A stretch of DNA of 64,000 nt from Mobula hypostoma (taxonomy: Eukaryota), in NCBI RefSeq assembly GCF_963921235.1, contig NC_086098.1:7812001-7876000 (forward strand), read 5' to 3'. Shown here one piece after another: positions 38,217-50,767 of the stretch (position 1 is the first letter of the stretch; the number at the start of each line of letters is the position of its first letter). The notes beneath the pieces were generated by a model, which was not told where the DNA came from, ran no database searches, and saw nothing but the letters and a program-made list of their open reading frames with translations. Position numbers and translations under genes: made by a program.

Positions 38217-38605
38217 AGACTACCCTCATGAGACATGCTCTCTACGTAAAAGAGGTGGACAACAGAAGAGATTCAAAGACGTCTTAAAAGCCAACATGAA
38301 GAACATCGACATCAACAATTGGGAAACCAATGCCAAGGACAGGAAAAACTGGCAAGTCATCATCCGAGAAGGAACAGCAACTTTCGAAGCCAACAGATGT
38401 GCAGAATTAGAAGAAAAGAGAAGAAAATGGAAAAAAGAGGCAGCAACAACCAAAGCCCGATCTGCCATCTGGAACTACCTGTCCTGAATGTGGAAGAACT
38501 TTCAAAGTCAAGATTGGGCTCATAAGCCACTTGAGAGCCCATAAATAGATCAACAGAACGAAGACCATCATCCTCGACCTCGAGGGATAGCCGCGATGAC
38601 GACGA
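38217..38605 (+). mobile_element. RTE (BovB-like) LINE 3' fragment with C-terminal C2H2 finger
   Basis: RKRGGQQKRFKDVLK...WET.AKDRKNW, then CPECGRTFKVKIGLISHLRAH* in a shifted frame; gatgacgacgac tail. Confidence 0.8.
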
Positions 38606-40549
38606 CAAATCCAGGTACCTGTTAGGTGCCTGTGATGCACTGTAAGTAACATTTTCATCGCAGCTATGCAAACATGTACTTGTGCATATGCCAGTGAACT
38701 TGACTTTGACTTTGAATTATTTAAAGTAACTTCCAATCTTGTGCAGAAATCAGTCCTCACAAAGATCACAATAATGTTCCAAATACGTCCTTCAAGTCTT
38801 ACCTCTAGTGAGAGAGCAGCTGAAACAGAGAATAAAGCTAACTTGAGATATGAGGATCTTAGATCAAAGTTCAACATTCAAAGTAGATTTATTATGAAAG
38901 TATATGCAGTACTGTACCTTGCAAAAGTCTTAGGCACATATATATATATATATATATAGGTATAGCTAGGGTGCATAAGATTTTGGCGTTATGCATTGTT
39001 GCTGAAAAAAACATGCCACCCCCCCCCCCCACCACTCCTGGTAAACCTTCTCTGCCACCTGTCCCACAACCCTCCCACAGCGCTCAACCGTCACCATTCC
39101 CAATATCCTTTCTTCCCACCAGATTTACAAACTTGCTGTCCGCCCCGCTTTGACAAATACAGTACTGCGTGGAAGTCTGAGGCCCCCAGGCTACATACTG
39201 CATATGTGTGTGAGACTTTTGCACAGTACTGTACATGCTACCATATACTACCCTGAGATTCTTTTTTTTGTAAGCATCTACAGAAAATCCAGAGGGTGGT
39301 GAATCTGTTGAATTTATCACCACAGACAGCTTTGGAGGTAAAGTCACAGGGTATATTTAAGGCGAAGGTGGATAGATTCTTGATTATTTGGGTTGCCAAA
39401 AGTTTTGGGGAGATGGCTGGAGAATATGAGTTAGGAGGAAAAAGAAACAGTCATGACGAAATGGTGGAGCAGACTCAATGGGCTGAATGGCCTATTCTGC
39501 TCTGATGTCTTATGATCTCATGGTCAAAATAAAAACAATGAAATTGACAAAGGAAAACATATGCACATCTTAGACAATTGTCAGCACAACATGCTGAGCA
39601 GATTTCGGATAAACGACTTAGATGTTTTTTGGCCATAATATTGCATACAATCTGTATAACAAATTCAATTAATTACATATTGTAATTAAGATCTTTCTTT
39701 TACCCAGATGTTACCATATTCCATGCTACTGGTAACTAGAACTCCGCTCAACTGATATGATCTTTATACACGTGCAAATGCTGTGTGGTGCAATGGTGAC
39801 CTTGCTGTGCAGAGTTTCTCCCTGTTTTCTGCATGAGAAAATGGGCAAATCAAGGATAAATTTCTCCCTCAATGACTATATTAGGTAGACAAACCGAGAA
39901 ATGTCAGACAAAAGTTGAAATATGGGGCAGAAATGTGTTGCAAAATCAAGAAGCGTATAACGTTGGGAGAGCATTTCAGCAGTGCTCCTTGTATTTTGTC
40001 TTTTTTTGTGAACATTGCTCACTTTTCCAGTTTGATTTAATCCATTTTCATAAGGTTGCACTCTCCTATTTTTCTGAGGCATCATACTAATTCACATTGG
40101 CAGTCCACTGCTATTAATTCCAAATTAACAGAATTCATTATGTAAATAGATCGGTGCTCCAGTAGATCATGCTTTTGAAGAAGTAAGAAGATTAATCTTC
40201 AGATTGATACATTCCTTCATGCATTAATGGATACTTCAAAAAATCAATAGTTTTTAACGGACATTTTAACTTACTTTCTGGATTACTTTATATTTTCATG
40301 ATAATTAAAAGGAAAAAAATAGTTATTTTTCTCCACCATCTTCTCAAGGACATTTGAATTTATTAATCTCTTTGTATGGTCACTTTTTAAAATTTTAAAG
40401 CTTGCATGATGATAGCCCAATGCTTAGCTTGTAACCACAAGGATGCATACAAGATCCAGTGAAAGATAATAAATGCTTACTCTGACTTTGTGGCACCTGT
40501 ATGAAATGTATACGGATGGTCTAATTTTGGTATGGTGTAAGCAGTCAGA

Positions 40550-40885
40550 CCTCCAAGAGGACTGGGACCTTATCGTAGGGCTTGGAGGCTTGTGTGTCTC
40601 AATGACCCAGAGAGCTATGCTGGCTAGAGTCAGGGGTTTATGCTTTGGTTGCTGCTTGGGTCTTCCATGCGAAACAGGTCAAAGGGTAAAGGCCAGACTA
40701 AGAAAGGTACACTGGTCCTCCAGGTTCAGGGGTTCAGCTCAGGGCTAACAACCCTGACTGGTAAAGCAAAATTGTTACGGAAACAGCGATAAAGAATCCT
40801 TCTACATCTGGGCGTGGCTAGGGCCGATGAGATGGAGGACCTTGATTGTTGCCCTAAAGGTCAGTGGCATAATTGGCAGTGAGCA
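40550..40885 (+). mobile_element. Probable non-autonomous RTE derivative (5'UTR-like part joined to 3'-end-like part)
   Basis: ggcttgtgtgtctcaatgacccagagagctatgctggc and gggctaacaaccct...aaattgttacggaaac resemble RTE 5' leaders; the end encodes a WRTLIVAL-like RTE C-terminus. Confidence 0.45.
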
Positions 40886-41039
40886 AGAATGCAGTCAGAC
40901 GTCAAATCATAATATCCTTGTTGTATGTTTCTGAGGATAAAGGCTGAGACGTCAGAGCTTCACTATCGTCTCATGTACTTGGTCTGTATGTGACCATTCA
41001 TAAAGAGAGCAGCTGAAAGCTCACCAAGCATAAGGCTGT

Positions 41040-41810
41040 AAGACCATAAGATACAGGAGCAGGATTAGGAAATTTGTCCCATCAAGTCTCGTCTGCCATT
41101 TCATCATGGCTGATCCATATTTCCTCTCAGCCCCAGCCTCCTGCTGTCTCCCCGTATCCCTTCATGCCCTGACCAATCAAAAAAGTATCAACCTCTGCAT
41201 TAAGTATACATGAAGGCTTGGCCACCACAGCTGCCTGTGGCAATAAATACCACAAATTCATTAATCTCTGGCTAAAGAAATTCTTCTTCATCTCCATTCT
41301 AAAAAGATGCCTCTTTATTTGGCGGCAGTATCCTCTGGTGTTAGACTCTCCCACAGTGGGAAACATCCTCTCCACATCCACTCGATCAAGACCCTTCACC
41401 ATTAGATAGGTTTCAATTAGTTTACCTCTCATTCTACTGAATTCCAATGAATACAGGCCCAGAGCCATCAGACACTCTCCACATATCAAGCCATTTAAAC
41501 CTGGAGTCATTTTTGTGAAACTATTTTGAAGCCTCTCCAGTTTCAGCACATCCTTTCTAAGATAAGGAGCCCGAAATTGCTCACAATACTCCAAGTGAGG
41601 CCTCACCTGTGCTTTAAAAAGCCTCAACGTAACACCCTTGCTTTTGTATTCCAGTCTTCTTGAAATGAATGTGAACATTGCATTTGCCTGACTCTCCACA
41701 GACACAACCTGCAAATTAACCTTTAGAGAATCCAGTACAAAGACTCCCAAATCCCTTTCCATCTCAGCCTATTTTACTCTCCATTTAAAAAAATAGTCAA
41801 GCCTTTCATT
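41040..41810 (-). mobile_element. CR1 3' fragment
   Basis: ORF 41127-41762: RDLGV...VRPHLEYC...FFSQRLMNLW. Confidence 0.9.
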
Positions 41811-41819
41811 TAGTAAAAT

Positions 41820-44320
41820 AGAAACATAGAAAAGCTATAGCACAGGCCCTTTGGCCCACAAAGCTGTGCCAACCATGTCCTTACCTTAGAACTGCCTAGG
41901 CCTCTATTTTTCTAAGCTCCATGTACCTATCCAGGAGTCTCTTAAAAGACCCTATTGTTTCTGCCTCCCCCACCACTGTTGCAGCCCATTCTACACACTC
42001 ACCGCTCTCTGCACAAAAAAACTTACCCCTGATAGCTCCTCTGTACCTACTTCCAAGCACCTTAAAACTATGCCTTCTCGTGCTAGCCATTTCAGCCCTG
42101 GGAAAAAGCATCTGACTATCCACACGATCAATGTCTCTCATCACCTTGTACACCTCTATCAGGTCACCTCTCATCCTCCATCGCTCCAAGGAAAAAAGAA
42201 ATTAAGATCTTGGTGGCATGGTGCGAAAACAATAACCTATCCCTCAATGTCAGCAAGACGAAGGAATTGGTTGTTGACTTCAGAAGGAGTAGCGGACCGC
42301 ACGACCAAGTTTACATCGGTGGTGCGCAAGTGGAACAGGTCAAAAGCTTTAAGTTCCTCGGGGTCAATATCATAAATGACCTGACTTGGTCCAACCAAGC
42401 AGAGTCCACTGCCTAGAAGGCCCACCAGCACCTTTACTTCCTGAGAAAACTAAAGAAATTTGGCCTGTCCCCTAAAACCCTCACTAGTTTTTATAGCTGC
42501 ACCGTAGAAAGCATTCATCATAACCTGGTATGGAAGTTGTCCTGTCCAAGACCAAAAGAAGCTGCAGAAGATCATGAACATGGCGCAGCACATCACACAA
42601 ACCAATCTTCCGTCCTTGGACTCACTTTACACCGCATGCTGTCGGAGCAGTGCTGCCAGGATAATCAAAGACACGACCCACCCAGCCAACACACTTTTCG
42701 TCCCTCTTCCCTCCGGGAGAAGGCTCAGGAGCTTGAAGTCTCGTACAGCCAGATTTGGGAACAGCTTCTTTCCAACTGTGATAAGACTGCTGAAGGGATC
42801 CTGACCCGGATCTTGGCCGTACCCTCCAAATATCCGGACCTGCCTCTCGGTTTTTTTGCACTACCTTACTTCCCATTTTCCTATTTTCTATTTATGAATT
42901 ATAATTTAAATTTTTAATATTTACTAATATTAACTTTTAAATATTTTTAATATTTAATATTTGTATTCCAGGGAGTGTGAAGCGCAGAATCAAATATCGC
43001 TGTGATGATTGTACGTTCTAGTACCAATTATTTGGCGACGATAAAATATAAAGTATAAAAGGCCAAGTTCACTCAACCTATTCTCATAAGGCATGCTCCC
43101 CAATCCAGGCAACATCCTTGTAAATATCCTCTGCACTCTTTCTATGGTTTCCACATCCTTCCGAGGCGACCAGAACTAAGCATGGTACTCCAAGTGGGGT
43201 CTGACCAGGGTCCGATATAGCTGCAACATTACCTCTCGGCTCTTAAATTCGATCCCACAGTTGATGAAGGCCAATACACCGTATGCCTTCTTAAGCACAG
43301 GGTCAACTTGTGTAGCAGCTTTGAGTGTCCCATGGACTCGGACCCCAAGATCCCTCTGATCCTCCACACTGCCAAGAGTCATACCATTAATGCTATATTC
43401 TGCTAACATATTTGACCTACCAAAATGAACCACCTTACACTTATCTGGGTTGTACTCCATCTGCCACTTCTCAACCCAGATTTGCATCCTATCAATGTCC
43501 CGTTGTAACCTCTGACAGCCCTCCACACTATCCACAACACACTCAAACTTTGTGTCATCAGCAAATTTACTAACTCATCCTTCCACTTCTTCATCCAAGT
43601 CATTTATAAAAATCACGAAGAGTAGGGGTCCCAGAACAGACCTCCATGCAGAATATGACCTGTCTACAACCACTCTTTGCCTTCTGTGAGCAAGCCAGTT
43701 CTGGATCCACAAAGCAATATCCCCTTGGATCCCATGCCTCCTTACTTTCTCAACAAGCCTTGCATGATGTACCCTATCAAATGCCTTGCTGAAATCCATA
43801 TACACTACATCTACAGCTCTACCTTCATCAATGTGTTTAGTCACATCCTCAAAAAATTCAATCAGGCTCGTAAGGCAAGACCTGCCTTTGACAAAGCCAT
43901 GCTGACTATTCCTAATCATATTATACCTCTCCAAATGTTCACAAATCCTGCCACTTGGGATTTTCTCCATCAACTTACCAACCATTGAAGTAAGACTCAC
44001 TGGTCTATAATTTACTGCCTTTCTTGAATAATGGAACAACATCCGCAACCCTCCAATCCTCCAGAACCTCTCCCATCCTCATTGATGATGCAAAGGTCAT
44101 CGCCAGAGGCTCAGAAATCTCCTCCTCGCTTCCCACAGTAGTCTGGGATACATCCCATTCTGTCCCAGTGACTTATCCAACTTGAAGCTTTCCAAAAGCT
44201 CCAGCACATCCTCTTCCTTAATATCTACATGCTCAAGCTTTTCAGTCCGCTATAAGTCATCCCTAGAATCGCCAAGATCATTTTCCATAGTGAATACTGA
44301 AGCAAAGTACTTATTAAGTA
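41820..44320 (-). mobile_element. CR1 RT and 3' fragment split by a Rex-type LINE (42200-43058, +)
   Basis: CR1: [38 protein letters not shown]. Insert: WCENNNLSLNVSKTKELVVDFRR and PLPSGRRLRS. Confidence 0.88.
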
Positions 44321-44321
44321 C

Positions 44322-45378
44322 AAAAAATACAAAATAAACTGCAGATGCTGGGATCAAAACAATACTCACAACACGTTGGAGGAACTCAGCAGGTCGGGCA
44401 GCATCCGTGGAAATGATGAGTCGACGTTTCAGGCCGGAACCCTTCGTCAGGACTGTAGAGGGAAGGGGCAGAGGCCCTATAAAGAAGGTGGGGGGAGGGT
44501 GGGAAGGAGAAGGCTGGTAGGTTCCAGGTGAAAAACCAGTAAGGGGAAAGACAAAAGGGTGGGGGAGGGGAAGCGGGGGGGATAGGCAGGAAAGGTGAAG
44601 AAGGAATAGGGGAAAACACAATGGGTAGTAGAAGGAGGCGGAACCAAGAGGGAGGTGGTAGGCAGCTGGGGGAGGGGGCAGAGTGACATAGGGATAGGGG
44701 AAGGGAGGGGGAGGGAATTACCAGAAGTTGGAGAATTCTATGTTCATACCAAGGGGCTGGAGACTACCTAGACGGTATATGAGGTGTTGCTCCTCCAACC
44801 TGAGTTTAGCCTCATCATAGCAGTAGAGGAGGCCATGTATGGACATATCTGAATGGGAATGGGAAGCAGAGTTGAAGTGAGTGGCTACCGGGAGATCCTG
44901 TCTGTTGTGGCGGACGGAGCGGAGGTGCTCGACGAAGCGGTCCCCAATCTGCGTCGGGTTTCACCGATGTAGAGGAGGCCACACCGGGAGCACTGGATGC
45001 AATAGATGACCTCAACAGACTCACAAGTGAAGTGTTGCCTCACTTGGAAGGATTGTTTGGGGCCTTGAATGGTGGCAAGAGAGGAGGTGTAGGGACAGGT
45101 GTATCACTTACGCTTACGGGGATAAGTGCCGAGTGGGAGATCCGAGGGGGGGGATGCATCCCATGTCCTCCACCTCTTCAATAACTTGCAGTTCCCCAGT
45201 CCCAACCGCTTCATTTTCACTATGGATGTCCAATCCTTATACACCTCCATTCCCCATCAAGAAGACCTCAAAGCCCTCCGCTACTTTCTGGACAATAGAC
45301 CTCACCAGTTCCCCACCACCACTACTCTCCTCTGGTTGGCAGAACTGGTTCTCACACTCAATAACTTCTCTTTTGGCA
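44322..45378 (-). mobile_element. Neptune-type Penelope element with an inverted RT segment
   Basis: 44322-45151 on minus: pseudo-LTR and VIYCIQCSRCGLLYIGETRR. 45152-45378 on plus: PLE RT motif IFTMDVQSLYTSIP...LVLTLNNFSFG. Confidence 0.88.
44419..44454 (-). ncRNA. Minimal type I hammerhead ribozyme motif
   Basis: agtc-CTGACGA-agg(gttccgg)cct-GAAA-cgtc-gact on the minus strand. Confidence 0.75.
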
Positions 45379-45585
45379 GGCTAGCGGAGGGAAGGAGTGA
45401 CTTACACCTTCTTTGGGAGGAACATATCTCCACCCCACCATCTATACCTAACAGTAATAACTTTAAAATCAATGAATGTAACATGTACATCGCAGTGCAA
45501 GAACTAAGAAATTTAGGTTAAATATTTGTAACATTATTACCATAACAGCACAGCACCAGAACAGAACATCGAACTGTACAGGCCA

Positions 45586-46389
45586 TTCAGATCATGATAT
45601 TATGTCGATCTACTCCATGATCTATCTAATGGTTACCCTTTCCTCCTACATAGCCCATAACCCTCATTTTCCCTACATCCATGTGCTAATCTGTGAGACT
45701 TCTAAATGCGCTATTGTTTCATTCTTCACCAACATCCCCAGCAGTGCAGGTCACCCTTGGACAAGGTGTAGCACCTGTTTGGCCCCCGATCAAGGTCATG
45801 TGAAGCCATGGGAGCAGATGGTGGATGGTCGTATATGCACTGGTGCTATCACAAGTCCTGGTTATGCGACCGCCGACGCCAGGCAGACAATCTCTGAAGA
45901 ATATGATAATGGCTGGGATCACCCGTCTTGTAAAGACACTTCCCAGGAGACATAAATGGAAAACCACTTCTGTAGAAAAAAAAGCCAAGAAGAATCATTG
46001 TCACCATGATCACCCATGTCATAAGACACAGCACATAACAATATGATGATCAGAATCAGAATCAGAATCAGGTTTATTATCACTGGCACGTGACATGAAA
46101 TTTGTTAACTTGACAACAGTGGTTCAATGCAATACATAATCTAGCAGAATAAATCAGTTTCATATATTAAATTGATTTTTAAAAAATGTGCAAAAACAGA
46201 AATACTGTATTTCAGATCATGATATTATGTCGATCTACTCTATGATCTATCTAATGGTTACCCTTTCCTCCTACATAGCCCATAACCCTCATTTTCCCTA
46301 CATCCATGTGCTAATCTGTGAGACTTCTAAATGCGCTATTGTTTCATTCTTCACCAACATCCCCAGCAGTGCAGGTCACCCTTGGACAA
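45586..46389 (+). repeat. 179-bp direct duplication (45586-45764 and 46211-46389)
   Basis: Identical except for one substitution seen (ctactccatg versus ctactctatg). Confidence 0.95.
45746..46050 (+). mobile_element. SINE-like element with RTE-type 3' tail
   Basis: 46003-46038 matches the reverse complement of RTE end 10064-10099 at 33/36 nt; tgatgat tail. Confidence 0.6.
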
Positions 46390-46913
46390 AGTGAGTTAGT
46401 GTCCAAAGCTTCAATATCCATTTAGGAATCGGATGGCAAAGGGGAAGAAGCTGTTCCTGAATCGCTGAGTGTGTGCCTTCAGGCTTCTGTATCTCCTACC
46501 TGATGGTAACAGTGAGAAAAGGGCATGCCCTGGGTGCTGGAGATCCTTTATAATGGATGCTGCCTTTCTGAGACACCGCTCCCTAAACATGTCCTGGGTA
46601 CTTTGTAGGCTAATGCCCAAGATGGAGCTGACTAGATTTACAACTATCTGCAGCTTCTTTCGGTCCTGTGTTGTAGTCCCTCCACACCAGACAGTGATGC
46701 AGCCTGTCAGAATGCTCTCCACAGTACAACTATAGAAGTTTTTGAGCATATTTGTTGACATGCCGAATCTCTTCAAACTCCTAATAAAGTATAGCCAATA
46801 TCTTGCCTTCTTTATGACTACATCAATATGTTGGGACCAGGTTAGATCCTCAGAGATCTTGACACCCAGGATTTTGAAACTTCCCACTCTCTCCACTTCT
46901 GATCCCTCTATGA
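46050..46913 (-). mobile_element. Rex1/Babar-type LINE 3' part (continues at 49811-49870 beyond the hAT)
   Basis: ORF 46411-47019: VERVGSFKILGVKISEDLTW...KKARYWLYFIRSLKRFG...LPSGRRYRS; (ATTCTG)n tail. Confidence 0.85.
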
Positions 46914-47108
46914 CAGTGGTCCCCAACCACCAGGCCGCAAAGCATGTGCTACCGGGCTGCGAGGAAGCGATATGATTTGGCGGTATGAAATAGTATGAGT
47001 TAGCTGCACCTTTCCTCATTCCCTGTCACGCCCACTGTTGAACTTGAACGCACACAAGGTCATTACCCACGCGAGGTCATCAGTCGGTCATTAACCTACA
47101 ACTACTCG

Positions 47109-48781
47109 ATGAGTAAAAAACAAATGTCGCTTGAGAGTTTCTTTGGAAGAGGTGGTAGGGGACATAAAATGCCTAATAATGATGATAATGCAGAGACAGC
47201 TGAGGCCGAGACTGCAAAAAAAAAGACAGCTTCCTTCAGCAGAAAATACGATGAAATACGGCTTTATTGCGACTGGTGACTCTCACACTCCAAGTCCCCC
47301 TGTGTGTGATATGTGGAGACAAGCTGTCTAATGAGGAACGGAAGCCCTCAAATCTGCTTCGGCACCTTGAGTCCAAGCACCCTGCACTTAAAGACAAACC
47401 CGTTGAGTTTTTTGAGCGGAAAAAACGTGAGCAAGCGAGATGGAAGCAAGTGCTGAGAGGCACCATCTCCACAAATGCTGCTGCTCTGAGAGCGTCGTAC
47501 TTAGTGTCTAGCCGTATTGCTAAGGCTAAGAAGCCTTTCACTGTTGGTGAAGAATTGATTCTGCCTGCTGCCAAGGACATGTGCCGTGAACTGTTGGGAG
47601 AAGCTGCATCTAACAAGATGGTACAGATTTCTCTTTCAGCTACCACAGTTTCAAGGAGAATCGATGACATAGCGGAGGACATCGAAGCACAGCTGCTGGA
47701 ACGGCTTAACAAGTCACCATGGTATGCTATCCAGGTTGACGAGTCTACCGATGTCGACAACAAGGCAATGCTGCTGGTTTATGTGCAATATATATTTCAA
47801 GACAATGTGCACGAAGATATGTAGTGTGCACTGCCGCTGCCAACTAACACAACTGGGGCAGAACTATTCAAGTCTTTGAATGACTACATGTCAGGCAAAC
47901 TGGACTGGTCATTCTGTGTTGGAATATGCAGAGACGGGGCTGCAGCTATGACTGGATGGCTGGCTGGTTTCACTATCCGAGTCAGAGGTTGCCCCTGAAT
48001 GCCAGTCTACACACTGTGTCACACACAGGGAAATGCTGGCTAGCCGAAAAATGTCACCCGATCTTAACAGCGTATAGAGTGACGTTGTTGAAGTTATCAA
48101 TCACATCAAAGCAGAAGTCCTTAATTCACATCTGTTTGAGCAGCACTGCAAGGAAATGGATGCAGAGCACAAACGTCTTCTGAAGTCAAGGGGGAGAGCC
48201 CTGGCCAGGGTTTTTGAGTTAAGAGAGCAGCTACAGAGATTTCTTTCAGGAGAAAAGTCACCTCTGGCAGCACACTTCAGTGACGAGGAGTGGACAGCAA
48301 AACTCGCTTATCTGTGTGACATCTTCAACCTGCTCAATGAACTCAATTTGTCACTTCAGGGCAGAATGACAACTGTCTTCAAGTTGGCAGATAAAATGTC
48401 TGCTTTCACAGCCAAACTGGAACTGTTGGTCAGCGAGTGGACAGGGGCATATTTGACATGTTCCCAACATTAGCTGGGATTTTGGGAGAGACTGAGGCTG
48501 CACCATTCTTCACACAGCTGGTTCGCGATCACCTATCTTCGCTATCGACAGAATTCGAGTGCTACTTCCCAACTGCAAATGACCTAAGACGTGCAAAGGA
48601 ATGAGTCCACGACCCATTTACTAATGTCCCCGGTGAATCGTCCACGTCAGCACAGGAAGAAGATCAACTCCTTGAGCTTGCAAATGACAGCGGGCTGAAA
48701 AGTATTTTTGACATAACATCTCCCATCATCCCTCGATAGGACTGTCTTACTGTAGGAAAACAAGCCCAGGTCTCCCACTGA
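47109..48781 (+). pseudogene. Charlie/Buster-type transposase (ZBED5/ZBED8/SCAND3-like family), disrupted
   Basis: MSKKQMSLESFF start; BED finger CVIC...KPSNLLRHLESKH; KPFTVGEELILPAA; AIQVDESTD; LAYLCDIFNLLNELNLSLQG; ends GKQAQVSH*. Frameshifts and stops present; C-terminal region appears shortened. Confidence 0.9.
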
Positions 48782-48921
48782 TTCAGCGATATTAGTGTGT
48801 TGCAATGATTTTATACATTCATACGAGGAAAATATGCTCTGTGTGTTTAATATCCAAAAGTTATTTAAAATGTTATGATGCTATTGATTTATAAGTGACT
48901 TATAATTTACATATCACTATA

Positions 48922-49600
48922 TTAGATTATAAGAACACTCAGTCCTCTTTTATTGTCATTTAAAAATGCATACATGCATTAAGAAATGATACAATGTTCC
49001 TCCAGAGTGATATCACAGAAAAACAGGACGAACCAAAGACTAACACTGTTAGAACCACATAATTATAACATACAGTTACAGCAGTGCAAAGCAATACCAT
49101 AATTTGATAAAGAGCAGACGATGGGCATGGTAAAAAAATGTCTCAAGTCCCGATCGACTCCTGAGTCCCCGATAGCAGGCAACAAAAGGGAGAAACTCCC
49201 TGCCATAAACCTCCAGACACTGACAACTGCTGATGCATTGGAAGCAGCCAACCATAGTCGGCACTGAGTCCATCCATCCGAAAACTTCAAGCCTCCGACC
49301 AGCCCCTCCGATACAGACTCCCGAGCGCCATCCTCTGCCGAGCGCCTTCGACCTCTCCCCGGCAGCCGAGACAAGCAAAGCCGAGGACTTAGGGCCTTCT
49401 GCTCCGGAGATTCCGGTTACCACACTGTAGCAGTGGCAGCGAAGCGGCTATTTCAGAAGTTTCTCCAGATGTTCCTCCGTACTCTCACGTCTGTCTCCAT
49501 CAGATCAGAATTGTGCACGGTACCGTACTTAACAGATTGCAGACATCATTCACCGGAGAGGCCGCGCGCGCTGTGTCACGCCGCCATCTTCTCCTCCTCC
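48922..49600 (-). mobile_element. Unclassified non-coding retroposon nested in the hAT 3' region
   Basis: Homologous at both ends to 21753-22370. Confidence 0.65.
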
Positions 49601-50711
49601 TGCAAGGAAAATATGCGCTGTGTGTTTAATATTAAACACACTAGATAAACCCTTTTAGAATTGAAATTAAGTATATTAGCCACTTATAAGTGATATAGTT
49701 GACTTATCACCTATATGCTGGTCATGATTAACACCACCCTGTCGGCCGGTCCGCAAGAATATTGTCAATATTAAACCGGTTCGCAGTGCATAAAAGGTTG
49801 GGGACCCGTGCTCTATGAGGATTGGTATGTGTTCCTTTGTCTTACCCTTCCAGAAGTCCACAATCAGCTCTTGATGATAATGATGATAATGATGGGTAAA
49901 TATGTTAATAACGTGGAGGGAGAAATAGTCTGTCTTGCTGTTAAATGTTGACCTGAGTTGATTGAATCTCTGCTTATTATTAGAAATTAATTTATTCTTT
50001 GGTAATTTAACACTACTAATTTTCCCAATCAATATGCTTACTGATTGATTGATAGATTGAGAAACTGTGTGGAATAGGCCCTTCAAGCCTTTCGAGACAG
50101 GCTGCCCAGCAGTTCCCCAATTTAATCCTAGCCTAATCATGGGACAATTTACAATGACAAATTAACCTACCAACGTCTTTGGACTGTGGGAGGAAACCGG
50201 AGCACCTGGAGGAAACATGCGAAGCCGTGGGGAGTGCATACGACCTCCTTACAGGCAGTGATGGAAATGAACCCGGGTCACTGGTATTGTAAAGTGTTAG
50301 AATCGATATCCAATTTGAAAAGTATGGGATCACATTCAAAGAGTATTGAGGGAAATGAGAAATAAATGAATGTTAGTGCATTTGATTTTTAGTTTCAAAA
50401 ATAGATGCTCAGCCCTAGAATTCCTTGCCTTTGGCTGACTGCAGGCTGCCTCAGGGGACAGGAGTATGATGTCCTTAAAATACATTAATCAACCAAGCAG
50501 AAAATACAACCCAACATCCCAGAGTGTAGCAGGTCAGATTTTATTGTTTTCATTATTTGATAGGGTGCATAACTATAAAAATTCAATAAGTGCATTCTTA
50601 AACCTTGGCACTGACTCTGAACTCCAGTAAAAATTCTGTCGGCAACTGATTAGTTTCAGCAGGCAACACTGGCCTTGGCAAAATGAAGAGATTCTGACAA
50701 TTCTGTCTCAC

Positions 50712-50767
50712 CATCAAAAATGAAGCAGGGTAGAAATCCAGGTCATCGCTACCACTTGGTAGATCTC
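50712..50767 (-). CDS. Candidate host exon (56 bp, phase 1-0)
   Basis: aattcttccag|GAGATC...TTGATG|gtgaga; one open frame, xDLPSGSDDLDFYPASFLM. Confidence 0.3.

Larger units (their letters stand above)
46914..49810 (+). mobile_element. hAT (Charlie/Buster-type) DNA transposon, both ends intact, defective
   Basis: 15-bp TIRs (cagtggtccccaacc and ggttggggacccgtg, 13/15 match); perfect 8-bp TSD ctcTAtga at 46906-46913 and 49811-49818. Confidence 0.95.

Noticed and set aside
47109..48781. Domesticated ZBED/SCAND3-like host gene
   Set aside because: Frameshifts and stops, and it is still bounded by TIRs and a TSD.
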